A DNA stretch of 64,000 nt from Candidatus Poribacteria bacterium (GCA_965208675.1 OZ242351.1:3712001-3776000); one strand, 5' to 3'; shown: positions 39,792 through 50,526, numbered from the stretch's first letter. Notes: a model not told the origin generated them from the sequence alone. Made by a program: numbers and translations.

Positions 39792-40520
39792 TCATATATC
39801 CCACAGAAGTACTGTGCCGTCATGACTTCCGCTTGCGATCGTATGCCCATCCGGTCTAAAAGCGACGCTATTGACTTGTGCAGTATGCCCCGTGAGTGTG
39901 CGGAATTGTTCGCCCGTGACTGCATCCCATAAACGGATGGGGTTGTCCCCAAAACCACTACTGCTGGCGAGAATCTTTCCATCGGGGCTAAACGCTACGT
40001 TCATGACGGGGCCTTCATGTCCTGTAAGTGAGTGAAGGTGTCTCCCCGTGATTGCATCCCATAATCGGATGGTCTTGTCATCGCTACCACTAGCGATAGT
40101 GTGTCCATCTGGACTAAACGTTGCGCTTAAGACAGTCGAAGTGTGCCCCACAAGTGTGTGAATGTGCCTGCCGGTACAAACATCCCATAAACTGAGGGTG
40201 CCATCCCCACTTCCGCTGACTAGCGTGTGTCCATCTGGACTGAATGCTACGCTATTGACACCACTCGTGTGCCTTGTGAGGAGTGCGAGTTCTTGACAGG
40301 TTTCAGCATCATACAGCCAAACACCGATAGAACTTGCAACCGCTAGACGTGTGCCATCCGGAGAATACTGGACATCAACTATCTCGCCTTTGCCCAAGTG
40401 AAGTTGTGCACCTTCGGGTAAATTGAGTTGGGTATAGTCTTCTTGGGCGGAGGTATGCAGTAAGCCTAGTGCCGAAACGAAGAGTAGAGTAAAAAAAATC
40501 GAGAGTAATGGTTTTTTCAC
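39792..40520 (-). CDS. Secreted short WD40-repeat protein (mosaic/deletion derivative)
   Basis: Signal peptide, LPEGAQLHLGKG cap, 4-5 WD40 repeats; blocks near-identical to 43099-44637. Confidence 0.92.
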   Translation of the reverse strand: MKKPLLSIFFTLLFVSALGLLHTSAQEDYTQLNLPEGAQLHLGKGEIVDVQYSPDGTRLAVASSIGVWLYDAETCQELALLTRHTSGVNSVAFSPDGHTLVSGSGDGTLSLWDVCTGRHIHTLVGHTSTVLSATFSPDGHTIASGSDDKTIRLWDAITGRHLHSLTGHEGPVMNVAFSPDGKILASSSGFGDNPIRLWDAVTGEQFRTLTGHTAQVNSVAFRPDGHTIASGSHDGTVLLWDI

Positions 40521-40653
40521 GGGGGAATTTCCCTTCGATTGTAGGATTTGTTGGGTATAGCGGGTGCGTGCAGCAATTGCCCCTGAAAACTAGTGAAGGC
40601 TTGAAAACTATAGCGCAGAATTTCTATAGCTTTCGTTAATGACTCCATTGATC

Positions 40654-40786
40654 GCTCAACCAAACCTACAAAAACTGAGCCCCGTGAGACGATACCGCTT
40701 CAAATTCAAAATGGATGTAGCAAATCCCAACGCTTTTCAATCTATCCTTAATTCATAATCCCTGCAATACTTCAACCCAACCTGCA
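40654..40786. repeat. Half-REP plus REPIN fragment
   Basis: GCTCAACCAAACCTAC, then the reverse complement of most of the element at 18261-18365. Confidence 0.7.
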
Positions 40787-40791
40787 AGTGC

Positions 40792-41322
40792 TCAGCAGCA
40801 ATATTTCTCAAGCTCTTTCGCCTCCCGTTCTTTGCAGCAGGCATCGTCGGTTTCAACAGCTTCTATTTCTGCAATTGCTTCTATACTCTTGATATAGTCT
40901 GCGGGAAGACATGCTTCCCGTGCTCCTTCCAATACATAATTCTTGTACCAAGAATACGGTTTCAAGCATGGGTCGGTCTTCTTAGGATTAGCATAGTAAG
41001 TTACAGCACGGACGGTGGAACCACAATCTAATTCGACTGTAACGCATTTTTCAAAATATTCGCATCCCAATCCCTCGTACCAATCAAGACATTTCTTATC
41101 TTCGTAATTGAATTGATACACGCGCCCCCATACCACATCGGACGCGGATGAAAGCACAATATCGCACTTGCCGGATTTATCCTTACCCGTCTTGTGAAAT
41201 TCAAGACGGTGGCAACGGAGTATTGCCCTAGCTATCGGTTGGGCAGAATCTATTCTTTTTCGAAGTCTTTCTGAGGACATGTTTGAACCATACGCAAAAT
41301 ACTTTATAGTACCCATTGGCAT
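40792..41322 (-). CDS. Gamma-glutamylcyclotransferase paralog, Cys-rich
   Basis: YFAYGSNM, VWGRVY, LDWYEG, KPYSWY; clear paralog of 17748-18254 with the same GAAAGGA-ATGCCAATGGGT start. Confidence 0.88.
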   Translation of the reverse strand: MPMGTIKYFAYGSNMSSERLRKRIDSAQPIARAILRCHRLEFHKTGKDKSGKCDIVLSSASDVVWGRVYQFNYEDKKCLDWYEGLGCEYFEKCVTVELDCGSTVRAVTYYANPKKTDPCLKPYSWYKNYVLEGAREACLPADYIKSIEAIAEIEAVETDDACCKEREAKELEKYCC

Positions 41323-41403
41323 TCCTTTCTACTTTGTTTACAATAAAACGTAGGTTTTGTCAAATAGGTTCAATCCCGTGATGAAACACGGCTTCAATCC
41401 TAA

Positions 41404-41651
41404 TAGGAGTTACGCACTTTAGTAGTGAACGACGATTATTTTTCCTTAGGAAATAGATAGATTTATGAGGTCTTTACCCTTACAATTTTTGCGCCTTTTT
41501 AAGATGAATCGTCCTCAAAGTAGTAGGCATACGCCGTATGCCGTAACTCTCGCCCCTATGCTGCTATCGGGCTTAAAAGCAATAAATGCAAATTTCCGCA
41601 CAAGGCGTATGCTTACTACTACGCCTTGAATGATCAACTTCGCAAGTCCTA
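41404..41651. mobile_element. MITE with 13-bp imperfect terminal inverted repeats
   Basis: TAGGAGTTACGCA...TTCGCAAGTCCTA, no ORF, internal REP pair GTAGTAGGCATACGCC...GGCGTATGCTTACTAC; a lone end AGGACTTACGCA at about 52388. Confidence 0.6.
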
Positions 41652-41937
41652 AACATATTAGGGCTATTTTTTGCAGGAATCGGATTTAACACGGGTAAAG
41701 CACCTAAACGAGAACGGAATGAGTAATTGCGGAGTCGTAAGAGCAAGAAAAAACCGAGAACAGATGGTCCCGGCTGGAGGTGTCGGAAATAGATATTTCT
41801 CAGCTTCCTCGTTGATTGTGAGAGTATGCCATACGGTGATTACGCGCCTGATTGGGAGCATTAACGTACTCAATCAAACAACTTTCATGAATCCGAACCG
41901 CTTCCGGTAAATTGAACACCTCGCGATTAACCAAAAG

Positions 41938-42040
41938 CGTTGGGTTACGCTACGTCATTACAGTTATGAAATAATTTAAACATTCGAATCACATACAAAA
42001 TATTGCGCGTTTTTCATAATCTTCGCTCAACCCAACCTAC
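41938..42040. repeat. Expanded GTAG-REP hairpin
   Basis: CGTTGGGTTACGCTAC...CGCTCAACCCAACCTAC with an AT-rich insert. Confidence 0.65.
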
Positions 42041-42046
42041 AAGAAA

Positions 42047-42547
42047 TTATCTTCTAAGCATTTCGGTGTGTGTTTTCCTATCTGATTCAAAGTGTCTAAC
42101 ATCAACAGTTGCTACTATATCGTTGCACAACGCATTGATATCAGGGCCTGACACTAAAAACAGATCTTTGAAGAAGCCACCAGATTCATTGTGGATATAC
42201 GTGACATATTTACTGGCACTCTCAATATCGGTTGAAACTGGTACGGTTTCCCATGACGGAGGCAAACCAAAACTTTGGGAATAGGCAACTGCTATTTCAT
42301 GGCGTCGTTCATTTCTTCGGGCGATGTGTACGATATGAATCATACGCCTTGGATTTGAATAGGCAATTTCCACATCACTCATGTTTCGTAACGTTCGATT
42401 AAGATAGCTTGTTATTTGAGTTTTGTGCGTATCCGATGCAACTTCAACCGAAACGCGAAAAGTATAATCCCTCCCCGAAGCTACCGGGTGCGCCACAGTT
42501 AATACCATAGCCAAAACGAATATCGAACCTGCAATACGTGACATCAT
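42047..42547 (-). CDS. Secreted hypothetical protein
   Basis: AGGAG SD, signal peptide, 166 aa, no family recognised. Confidence 0.7.
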   Translation of the reverse strand: MMSRIAGSIFVLAMVLTVAHPVASGRDYTFRVSVEVASDTHKTQITSYLNRTLRNMSDVEIAYSNPRRMIHIVHIARRNERRHEIAVAYSQSFGLPPSWETVPVSTDIESASKYVTYIHNESGGFFKDLFLVSGPDINALCNDIVATVDVRHFESDRKTHTEMLRR

Positions 42548-43098
42548 TTTCTCCTAATTAAGTTGGTGGCGGCGAATGGCTCCTTCCCGTGTTGCTAATG
42601 GTAAGCCCTAGAAATGCTAACAACCACTAGTAAGTTATGAGTGTAACTAGGGAGAAGCGCACGCATCCGCCATAAGTTATTAATGGGCTTATTTGCGACA
42701 AAGCCCGGTTTCTATTAACAGTTGTCGCGTGTAGCGGCGTTAATAATCGTCGTTGAAAAATTTCCCCCAAGGAGGCAATAGTTTCTTCTGGAGCCATTTC
42801 GCCTGTTCTTACACGCTCGACGACCGCAAAGCACTCATAAGGAGTTTTGGACATTTAATGCAATACCTAGCTTCTTTCAACCCTTGTTGCATGTGACGCC
42901 TGAGATCAGAACTACTTGTCGCTACGGAGCATTTCGGTAAGTCCGCGAGCGCTAGCTAGAGAAGGTTAGGTATCAGTTGCTGTCTATTGAATTTCCATCG
43001 CATTCGCTATTCGCTCCATTGATCGCCGCGCCCAACCTACAACTGTAGGCATCAGCTTCATATTTCCCATATGGGATTCATCACTGTCCACGTTCTGG

Positions 43099-44637
43099 CT
43101 AAAGCTCCCACAACAGAATTGTGCCGTCCCCGCTCCCGCTTGCGAGAGTCATTCCATCGGGACTGAAAGCTACGCTATCGACATAAGATGTATGCCCGGA
43201 GAGTGTGCGGAATTGTTCGCCCGTGACTGCATCCCATAAACGGATGGGGTTGTCCCCAAAACCACTACTGCTGGCGAGAATCTTTCCATCGGGGCTAAAC
43301 GCTACGTTCATGACGGGGCCTTCATGTCCTGTAAGTGAGTGAAGGTGTCTCCCCGTGATTGCATCCCATAATCGGATGGTCTTGTCATCGCTCCCACTGG
43401 CGATAGTGTGTCCATCTGGACTAAACGTTGCGCTTAAGACAGTCGAAGTGTGCCCCACAAGTGTGTGAATGTGCCTGCCGGTACAAACATCCCATAAACG
43501 GAGGGTGCCATCCCAACTTCCGCTGACGAGCGTGTGTCCATCTGGACTAAACTTTACGCAATTGACAGTAGATGTATGCCTTGTAAGAGTGCGGAGGTGT
43601 CTACCCGTACCAACATCCAATAGGATGGTTTTCGACGAATGCCCAGTGGCGAGCGTGTGACCGTCTGGGTGAAACGCCAGATTGTCGGCACTAGTGCGCG
43701 TTTCGAGTGTGCGGAAGTTGCTGCCCGTGCTAACATCCCATAGGATGATTTCCGCCAGACTCTGGCTAGCAAGAATCTGTCCGTCGGGGCTATAAGCAAC
43801 GCTACTGGCACTATATGTATGCCCTGTGAGTATGCGGTTGATGCCGCCCGTGTTAACATCCCATAGGATGGTTTCCCCCGGACTCTGGCTGGCGAGAATC
43901 TGTCCGTCGGGGCTAAAAGCAACGCTTCGGACACCGGATGTATGCCCTGTAATTGTTTGGATGTGGTTGCCCGTGCTAACGTCTAATAGGGAGGCACTGT
44001 GCACACTTCCAATAGCGATAGTGTTTCCATCGGGACTAAATGCCACGCTATTGACATCGCGCGAATGTCCCGTGAGAGTTCGGAGATGTTTACCCGTGCG
44101 TACATCCCATAAGCGAACGGTATGGTCGTAATTACTTGCGCTTGCGATGGTCTGTCCATCTGGACTGAACGCTACGCTCTTGACACTCGACTCATGTCCT
44201 GGGAGGGTATGGTGGCGGCTGCCTGTGCTTGCGTCCCAAAGAACAACGGTGCCGTCTTGGCTTCCGCTTGCAATTATGAATCCATCTGGATTAAATGCTA
44301 CACTATAAATAATATACCGATGCCCTCTGAACGTGCGGAGATGTCTACCCGTGTTAACATTCCAAAAACAGATGGTTCCGTCCCCACTCCCGCTTACAAT
44401 GGAGTTTCCATCTGGACTGAATGCTACGCTATTGACACCACTCGTGTGCCCTGTGAGGAGTGCGAGTTCTAGACAGGTTTCAGCATCATACAGCCAAACT
44501 CCAATAGAACTTGCAACCGCTAGACGTATGCCGTCCGGAGAATACTGTATTTCATTTATTTTGCCTTTTCCCAAGCGGAGTTTAGCACCTTCGGGCAAAC
44601 TGAATTTGGTATAGTCTAGTGCAAGTGGGTTTTCCAT
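43099..44637 (-). CDS. WD40-repeat protein without signal peptide
   Basis: LPEGAKLRLGKG cap and about 12 WD40 repeats; N-terminus only MENPLALDY. Confidence 0.93.
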   Translation of the reverse strand: MENPLALDYTKFSLPEGAKLRLGKGKINEIQYSPDGIRLAVASSIGVWLYDAETCLELALLTGHTSGVNSVAFSPDGNSIVSGSGDGTICFWNVNTGRHLRTFRGHRYIIYSVAFNPDGFIIASGSQDGTVVLWDASTGSRHHTLPGHESSVKSVAFSPDGQTIASASNYDHTVRLWDVRTGKHLRTLTGHSRDVNSVAFSPDGNTIAIGSVHSASLLDVSTGNHIQTITGHTSGVRSVAFSPDGQILASQSPGETILWDVNTGGINRILTGHTYSASSVAYSPDGQILASQSLAEIILWDVSTGSNFRTLETRTSADNLAFHPDGHTLATGHSSKTILLDVGTGRHLRTLTRHTSTVNCVKFSPDGHTLVSGSWDGTLRLWDVCTGRHIHTLVGHTSTVLSATFSPDGHTIASGSDDKTIRLWDAITGRHLHSLTGHEGPVMNVAFSPDGKILASSSGFGDNPIRLWDAVTGEQFRTLSGHTSYVDSVAFSPDGMTLASGSGDGTILLWEL

Positions 44638-44891
44638 GGGGAGAATTCCATTGGATTGTAGGTTTAGCGTGGGTGCAATACACCCCCAATACTAGTGAAG
44701 GCTTGAAAACTTTCGCACAGGATTTTCTATCGCTTCTGTTTGGTCGGTTGATCCCTTATCAAGGGGGAGGATTTTTTGGGGCTCCTCTAGCTTCCTCCTT
44801 ATCAAGGGGGAGGACTACGCGACAATAGCAGGAAACAGGGGAAACCATCGCTTTGACGTAAAACAGGATGTGAATCAAAGTCCAATTGTTC

Positions 44892-46007
44892 CTATTGCGA
44901 CTTGCCTCTGGCGGTGATGTCCCAGATGGACTCGACGGTGTCGTTTCGGAGGGCGTAGTAGCGGTTGTGGAGGTTTACGGTGGTGCAGCAGTGTGTGGGC
45001 ACGATTTCGATTTTGTCGCCGGGTTGGAGATTGACGTCCCCTTGCGCAGTCATTTTGCCGTGTTCTTCGGAAAGCCCAATCATCTCCAAGCCTGCAATCC
45101 CTGCGGGCTGCGGGATTCCGAACTCCTTAGCCAGGACTTTCAGCCCGGCATCAACAATTATGCGCGAGGGATTCGGACGACTCACTACAGCGGTCAACAC
45201 GGTCAACGAACTATCGAAGCGGTTGCCAATCCCTTCAACCTCTCCGTAAGTCGAATCCATGAAGATGTAAGAGCCCGCTTGGATTTCCGTAATGTCTGGG
45301 TGCGCGCCGGTAATTGCATAGGTGCCCGTGCCTCCGCCGCTCATAATCTTGACCGGTACGCCGTTCCGTTCGAGCACGTCTTTGGTCTCAACCAGTAGTT
45401 CGACGGATTCGTCCGTCTGTTTTTTCCGTTCAGCGAATGACGGTATGGCGACGGTATGTCCCTCATAACCCATCAACCCTTCAAATTGAAGCCCATTGGA
45501 TTTCAAAACGAGACGCGCCAAGTCGAGCGTGGGTTTCCCGGGTTGCGTGCCGCAGCGGTTCATACCGGTATCGACTTCGATGAGTATGCGCAGCGTTACG
45601 CCTTTTGCTTCCGCGGCAGCCGAAAGTTGCGCGACGTTATGCGGGTCGTCGACAGCGACCATAATCTCCGAATGACCGGCAAGGTTGACCAGCCGAGCAA
45701 TCTTCGCCGCGCCAATAATCTGATTGGCGATGAGCACATCGCGGATACCTGCGTGGACCAAGGATTCAGCTTCACCGAGTTTGGCGCAGGTTATGCCGAT
45801 TGCGCCCGCTTCGATCTGTTTATGCGCGATGATTGGGGTCTTGTGCGTTTTTGCGTGCGGGCGAAGCTCCGCATTGACGGATTTGAAGAAGTCCGCCATT
45901 TTCCGGATATTCGCCTCCATAATGTCCAAATCAATTAGCAGCGCCGGGGTGTCAATTTCCGATTTGGGGGCGCCAATGAGTGTATCGAGATGCGGTGACG
46001 ACATCAA
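44892..46007 (-). CDS. DSD1/D-threonine aldolase family PLP enzyme (alanine racemase fold)
   Basis: TPALLIDL, RPHAKTHK, MNRCG, MGYEGH, GGGTGT, SEEHG, HCCTTVNL. Confidence 0.9.
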   Translation of the reverse strand: MMSSPHLDTLIGAPKSEIDTPALLIDLDIMEANIRKMADFFKSVNAELRPHAKTHKTPIIAHKQIEAGAIGITCAKLGEAESLVHAGIRDVLIANQIIGAAKIARLVNLAGHSEIMVAVDDPHNVAQLSAAAEAKGVTLRILIEVDTGMNRCGTQPGKPTLDLARLVLKSNGLQFEGLMGYEGHTVAIPSFAERKKQTDESVELLVETKDVLERNGVPVKIMSGGGTGTYAITGAHPDITEIQAGSYIFMDSTYGEVEGIGNRFDSSLTVLTAVVSRPNPSRIIVDAGLKVLAKEFGIPQPAGIAGLEMIGLSEEHGKMTAQGDVNLQPGDKIEIVPTHCCTTVNLHNRYYALRNDTVESIWDITARGKSQ

Positions 46008-46016
46008 TTCGTCTCC

Positions 46017-47024
46017 TTAAAGCTGTTTAACGGGATTGGAGAGTACGCCGAGTTCATCGACTTCGATTTGAACGACATCGCCGGGCGCCAACGGCAACTC
46101 ATTCGGGACGATGATGCCGGTGCCGGTAGAGACTACGGTGCCGATAGGGATGGGGTTGTCTCGGCAGAGAAATTCGGTTAGTTCTTCAAATTTCCATTTA
46201 ATTTGAGACGTGTTCACGTCGCCCTCGTAGAGCAACTCGCCGCTGCGGATGATGGAGCATTTGATATTCAGATTGTAGGGGTCGTCGATTTCGGACGGTG
46301 TGACGAACATGGGACCCAACGCGCAGCAACCGTAGAATACCTTCGATGGGGGCAGGTAAAGCGGATTTTCACGTTCGATGTCCCAAGCGGAGACATCGTT
46401 ACAGATTGTATATCCGACGATTTCTCCGTCCGCGCCAAGGATATAAGCCAATTCAGGCTCAGTTGCAGTGAGTTTAGAGTCGCTCCGAATACCGATAAAG
46501 TCGTTCGGACCGGCGCATCGGGACTTTGTTCCTTTAAAGAAGATTTCCGGGCGGTTTGAGTTATAGACGCGGCTGTAAATGTCCTGTTCACTGTCATCAT
46601 CCCGCATTTCGGCGCTGCGTTTGTATGTCACACCGCAGCCCCACACCTCTGGGGGATCAATCGGCAACAAGAGGTGAGGCACGTTCAAATCCGGCGAAAC
46701 ATTGAGATCCGATAGTTTGAGCTCGTCTTTATTGCGGCTAGTTTGGTCAGGGTGAACGGATGGCGTTGAACCGCTAACGAAACGTTCTTGAATATCTGCC
46801 AGCAGAACGCCCATGCTAACTCCCTCTTGGTAAGAGAGTTTAATCAGTTCAAGGACATCCGGCGCTTCGTCGCTGGTAACATCGATAATTACTTCGTCGG
46901 GCTCCAACCGACGCGTCATCAAGCCACGGTCGCCGTCGCTGGCGATATCGGTAGCCAAGTCGCCTCGCGTTACGATGCCGACGCGTTTGCCAAGGCCAGG
47001 TTCATAGAATTGTACGAGTTTCAT
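46017..47024 (-). CDS. Fumarylacetoacetate hydrolase family (2-keto-3-deoxy-pentonate dehydratase-like)
   Basis: EVWGCGVTYKRS, RPEIFFK, EPEL, NDVSAWDIERENPLYLP.SK, STGTG. Confidence 0.88.
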   Translation of the reverse strand: MKLVQFYEPGLGKRVGIVTRGDLATDIASDGDRGLMTRRLEPDEVIIDVTSDEAPDVLELIKLSYQEGVSMGVLLADIQERFVSGSTPSVHPDQTSRNKDELKLSDLNVSPDLNVPHLLLPIDPPEVWGCGVTYKRSAEMRDDDSEQDIYSRVYNSNRPEIFFKGTKSRCAGPNDFIGIRSDSKLTATEPELAYILGADGEIVGYTICNDVSAWDIERENPLYLPPSKVFYGCCALGPMFVTPSEIDDPYNLNIKCSIIRSGELLYEGDVNTSQIKWKFEELTEFLCRDNPIPIGTVVSTGTGIIVPNELPLAPGDVVQIEVDELGVLSNPVKQL

Positions 47025-47181
47025 TTTTTCCCTTAGTTTAAATCCAATCAGCGACTGTAAGATTTCGCTTTGAAGTCGATGAATTGTAACATAATCCGGC
47101 GAATTATATCAACAACAAAAGCGGCGTGGGTTCTCGCCTGCGTATACTTTCTTTGTTGTCATTGAGGAATCGACTGACCGA

Positions 47182-47367
47182 CAATCGAGGGTGGGAAGCC
47201 TCTCCCACAAATCCGATGGTGCAGTCGAGGCTAGGAAGTCTCGCGTACGTGCCGATGAGACAATCGAGGCTGAGCAGTCTCTCCTGCTAACCGATGAAGT
47301 AATCGAGGTTGTGAAGCCTCTTCCACCAATCCGATGATGCAATCGAGGCTAGGGAGCCTCTCCTACA
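47182..47367 (-). repeat. Tandem array of five GTAG-type REP units (39-40 nt period)
   Basis: Units ATCGAGG-N7-GYCTC..c.ac-N-CCGATG start at 47182, 47222, 47261, 47300 and 47340. Confidence 0.85.
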
Positions 47368-47426
47368 GAACAAATGAGAGACGATTAGGTCGGTGCGGTA
47401 GCCGGGCGGGAGTGTGCAAAAAACGC

Positions 47427-47455
47427 TTGCTTCTTTTTTTTATCTGTTATATACT
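47427..47455 (+). promoter_or_regulatory. Probable nuo operon promoter
   Basis: TTGCTT-17 nt-TATACT upstream of nuoA. Confidence 0.55.
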
Positions 47456-47590
47456 ATCCACTTGACTTTGTGAAAAAAAGCTACAAGCTAGGGGCGAAAG
47501 TTGGTTGAACGAAAGAGTCGCGATTCGGAGATCGCTCCTACAGTGAAGCACCAAGCAAGGTGACATAACAACTGGAGTGAGGGATAAAAG

Positions 47591-48001
47591 GTGAACACCC
47601 TCTGGCCGCTGGCGGTATATTTTGCAGGTGTCATTTTCTTGGTGGGACTTGGCATGGTCGGCTTGTCCTTCCTTTTGGGGCAGCGTCACAAGGATAGAGC
47701 GACCGGTGAACCCTACGAATCGGGCATCGTGTCGCAAGGGTCGGCTCGAATCCGCCTTTCCGCCAAGTTTTACCATGTTGCAATGTTCTTCGTAGTATTC
47801 GATTTGGAAGCCGTTTTCATCTTCGCCTGGGCGGTTGCCATTCGCGATTTGGGATGGCCGGGTTATATAGAAGTCATAATTTTCATCGGTGTTCTGTTTG
47901 CGGGTCTTGTATATCTGTGGCGAATGGGTGCGCTCGACTGGGGCAGCAGACCGCGGATACAAATCCCTACCGAGATGAAAAGCGGTCTGAAAGAGAATTA
48001 A
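47591..48001 (+). CDS. nuoA: NADH-quinone oxidoreductase subunit A
   Basis: [20 protein letters not shown]. Confidence 0.96.
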   Translation: MNTLWPLAVYFAGVIFLVGLGMVGLSFLLGQRHKDRATGEPYESGIVSQGSARIRLSAKFYHVAMFFVVFDLEAVFIFAWAVAIRDLGWPGYIEVIIFIGVLFAGLVYLWRMGALDWGSRPRIQIPTEMKSGLKEN

Positions 48002-48005
48002 GCTT

Positions 48006-48650
48006 ATGCGATGGTGGTTTAGCAAATCGACTGATTTACGTCAATCCCCTGAAATTCAAAGCGGGTCCCTCGAAGAGGCTGTCCACCGCAATGTGCTTTT
48101 GGCGCGTTTACAGGATTTGCTGGCTTGGGGGCGCAAGAACTCCATGTGGCCCTTTAACTTCGGTCTTTCGTGCTGTTTTGTAGAAATGGCAACTAGCATT
48201 ACGAGCAAATACGACATTGCACGGTTCGGCGCCGAAGTGATTCGCGGTACGCCGCGCGAAGCCGATGTCATGGTTATTGCCGGCACCCCGTTTATCAAAA
48301 TGGCGCCGATAATAAAGCGGCTTTACGAACAGATGATGGAACCGCGCTGGGTTATATCCATGGGTTCATGCGCCAATTCCGGCGGAATGTACGATATCTA
48401 CAGCGTGGTTCAGGGCGTTGACAAGATTTTGCCGGTTGATGTGTATGTACCGGGCTGCCCACCAAGGCCTGACGCCTTCATGGAAGGGATAGTCGAGTTG
48501 CGGGGTGCAGTTGGGTCGGAACAGCGGCCGTTGAGTTGGTTTGTTGGTCCGCAGGGTGTAGTAAAGCCGGACATGCCCGCTCGACGCGACTTGAAACGCG
48601 ATGAGCGGCGGCAAGTTGATACGCTGCGTTCCCCTAATGAAGTGCGGTAA
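48006..48650 (+). CDS. nuoB: NADH-quinone oxidoreductase subunit B
   Basis: [26 protein letters not shown]. Confidence 0.97.
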   Translation: MRWWFSKSTDLRQSPEIQSGSLEEAVHRNVLLARLQDLLAWGRKNSMWPFNFGLSCCFVEMATSITSKYDIARFGAEVIRGTPREADVMVIAGTPFIKMAPIIKRLYEQMMEPRWVISMGSCANSGGMYDIYSVVQGVDKILPVDVYVPGCPPRPDAFMEGIVELRGAVGSEQRPLSWFVGPQGVVKPDMPARRDLKRDERRQVDTLRSPNEVR

Positions 48651-48783
48651 CTACATACGGCGCGGAATCCCGACTATAGAATTTATAGTAAAACCAAAAA
48701 TTATTTATGCGGTCGGTAGGCGCGGTTGGAATCCGCAACTGCCGTGACGTGTGTAAATATGAATGGAATAGACTATAACTGCG

Positions 48784-50526
48784 ATGAGCGATTCACCCCT
48801 CCTTATTGAAGAACTTCAAGGCAAATTCGGAACTGTTTCAGCACAAGCAACGGCTGACGGCGTGCCGCTCCTTTGGACGTCGAAAGATACAATTTGCGAT
48901 GTTCTGCGCTATCTCAAAACAGAGTTGGATAAGCCGTACCGCACGCTGTACGATCTCACGGCTATTGACGAGCGCGTCCGAACCAACCGCCAAGATCAGC
49001 CGGATAGCGACTTCACGATTGTATATCACCTCCTTTCCTATGAACGCAACGAAGACATTCGTCTCAAGGTTGCACTTCAAGATGAATACCCCTCCATCCC
49101 GACGGTGACCGATATTTGGCCCTCTGCAAATTGGTACGAACGCGAAGTTTGGGATATGTTTGGCGTCACATTTGAAGGGCATCCCCACTTGAGGCGCATT
49201 CTAATGCCTCCAACTTGGGAGGGTCATCCACTCCGCAAGGAACACCCTGCGCGCGCTACCGAGATGGGCGAGTTTGAGTTGCCGGATGAAAAACAGGACT
49301 TAGAACAAGAGGCGCTCCAATTCCGACCCGAGGATTGGGGAATGGAGCCGCAAGGGGAAAACGGGGATTTTATGTTCCTTAACCTCGGTCCCCAGCATCC
49401 GGGTACGCATGGCGTGCTCCGCTTTGCGCTTCAACTCGACGGGGAGGAGATTCTTGATGTGGTTCCTGACATCGGTTACCACCATCGAGGGGCGGAGAAG
49501 ATGGGGGAACGCCAATCTTGGCACACGTTCATCCCGTACACGGATCGGATTGACTACCTCGGCGGCGTCATGAATAACCTCGCCTATGTGTTGGCTGTGG
49601 AAAAATTGGCGGGCATTGAAGTGCCGGAAAGAGTCAAAGTTGTGCGCATAATGATGTCCGAAATATTCCGCATAGCGAGCCATCTGGTTTGGTACGGCAC
49701 GTTCGCTCAAGATATAGGTGCACTGTCACCGGTGTTCTATATGTTTAACGACCGCGAACGCATTTTTGAAATTGTTGAAGCGATTTGCGGCGGGCGGATG
49801 CATCCGAGTTGGTTTCGCATTGGAGGTGTGGCGCAAGATTTACCCAATGGTTGGGACAACCTGATTCGAGAATATTTGGACTATTTACCGCGCCGACTCG
49901 ATGAATACGACAAGATGGTGATGCGGAACCGTATCTTCAAGAAACGCACACAAGGAGTTGGCGCATATACCGTGGATGAAGCGATTGAATGGGGCGTGAC
50001 AGGGCCGGGGCTGCGAGCGTGCGGCTTTGAGTGGGATTTCCGAAAGAAGCGCCCGTATTCCGGTTACGACCAGTTCGAATTCGATATACCGACCGCCCAA
50101 GCCGGGGATTGCTATGATAGAGCTGTTGTCCGAATTGAAGAGATTCGCCAGAGTTTACGGATTATCGAACAATGTATGAACAATATGCCTTCGGGGCCGT
50201 ACAAGTCTGACCATCCACTGACAACGCCCCCGCTCAAAGAGCACACAATGGAAGATATTGAGACGCTGATTAACCATTTTCTGAATGTGAGTTGGGGTCC
50301 GGTTATCCCGGCGGGCGAAGCTTTTATCGGTATTGAGGCGACGAAAGGGAACAACGGCTACTATCTGATTAGCGATGGCAGCACTATCCCTTATCGCGTA
50401 CGGATACGCGCGCCGTCGTTTCCTCACATGCAGATGCTGCCGCTAATTAGCCGGCGTGCGATGGTTCCGGATTTATTAGCGATATTGGGTGCTATGGATT
50501 TTGTGTTAGCGGACATTGACCGTTGA
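48784..50526 (+). CDS. nuoCD: Fused NADH-quinone oxidoreductase subunit C/D
   Basis: [17 protein letters not shown] (C) fused to [14 protein letters not shown]...DFVLADIDR (D). Confidence 0.97.
   Translation: MSDSPLLIEELQGKFGTVSAQATADGVPLLWTSKDTICDVLRYLKTELDKPYRTLYDLTAIDERVRTNRQDQPDSDFTIVYHLLSYERNEDIRLKVALQDEYPSIPTVTDIWPSANWYEREVWDMFGVTFEGHPHLRRILMPPTWEGHPLRKEHPARATEMGEFELPDEKQDLEQEALQFRPEDWGMEPQGENGDFMFLNLGPQHPGTHGVLRFALQLDGEEILDVVPDIGYHHRGAEKMGERQSWHTFIPYTDRIDYLGGVMNNLAYVLAVEKLAGIEVPERVKVVRIMMSEIFRIASHLVWYGTFAQDIGALSPVFYMFNDRERIFEIVEAICGGRMHPSWFRIGGVAQDLPNGWDNLIREYLDYLPRRLDEYDKMVMRNRIFKKRTQGVGAYTVDEAIEWGVTGPGLRACGFEWDFRKKRPYSGYDQFEFDIPTAQAGDCYDRAVVRIEEIRQSLRIIEQCMNNMPSGPYKSDHPLTTPPLKEHTMEDIETLINHFLNVSWGPVIPAGEAFIGIEATKGNNGYYLISDGSTIPYRVRIRAPSFPHMQMLPLISRRAMVPDLLAILGAMDFVLADIDR

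Noticed and set aside
42627-42960. 75-aa ORF or possible gene remnant
   Set aside because: No identifiable family or clear translation signals.
39894-43548. Near-identical WD40 blocks as a DGR TR/VR pair
   Set aside because: Both blocks are coding, the few differences are not A-restricted, and no RT is adjacent; recombination explains them.
36400-44637. Integron cassette array
   Set aside because: No integrase and no consistent attC RYYYAAC...GTTRRRY structure; the spacers are REP, tag or MITE sequence.
47182-47367. Possible CRISPR array
   Set aside because: The 39-40 nt period leaves no room for repeat plus unique spacer, units are degenerate REP palindromes, and there are no cas genes.
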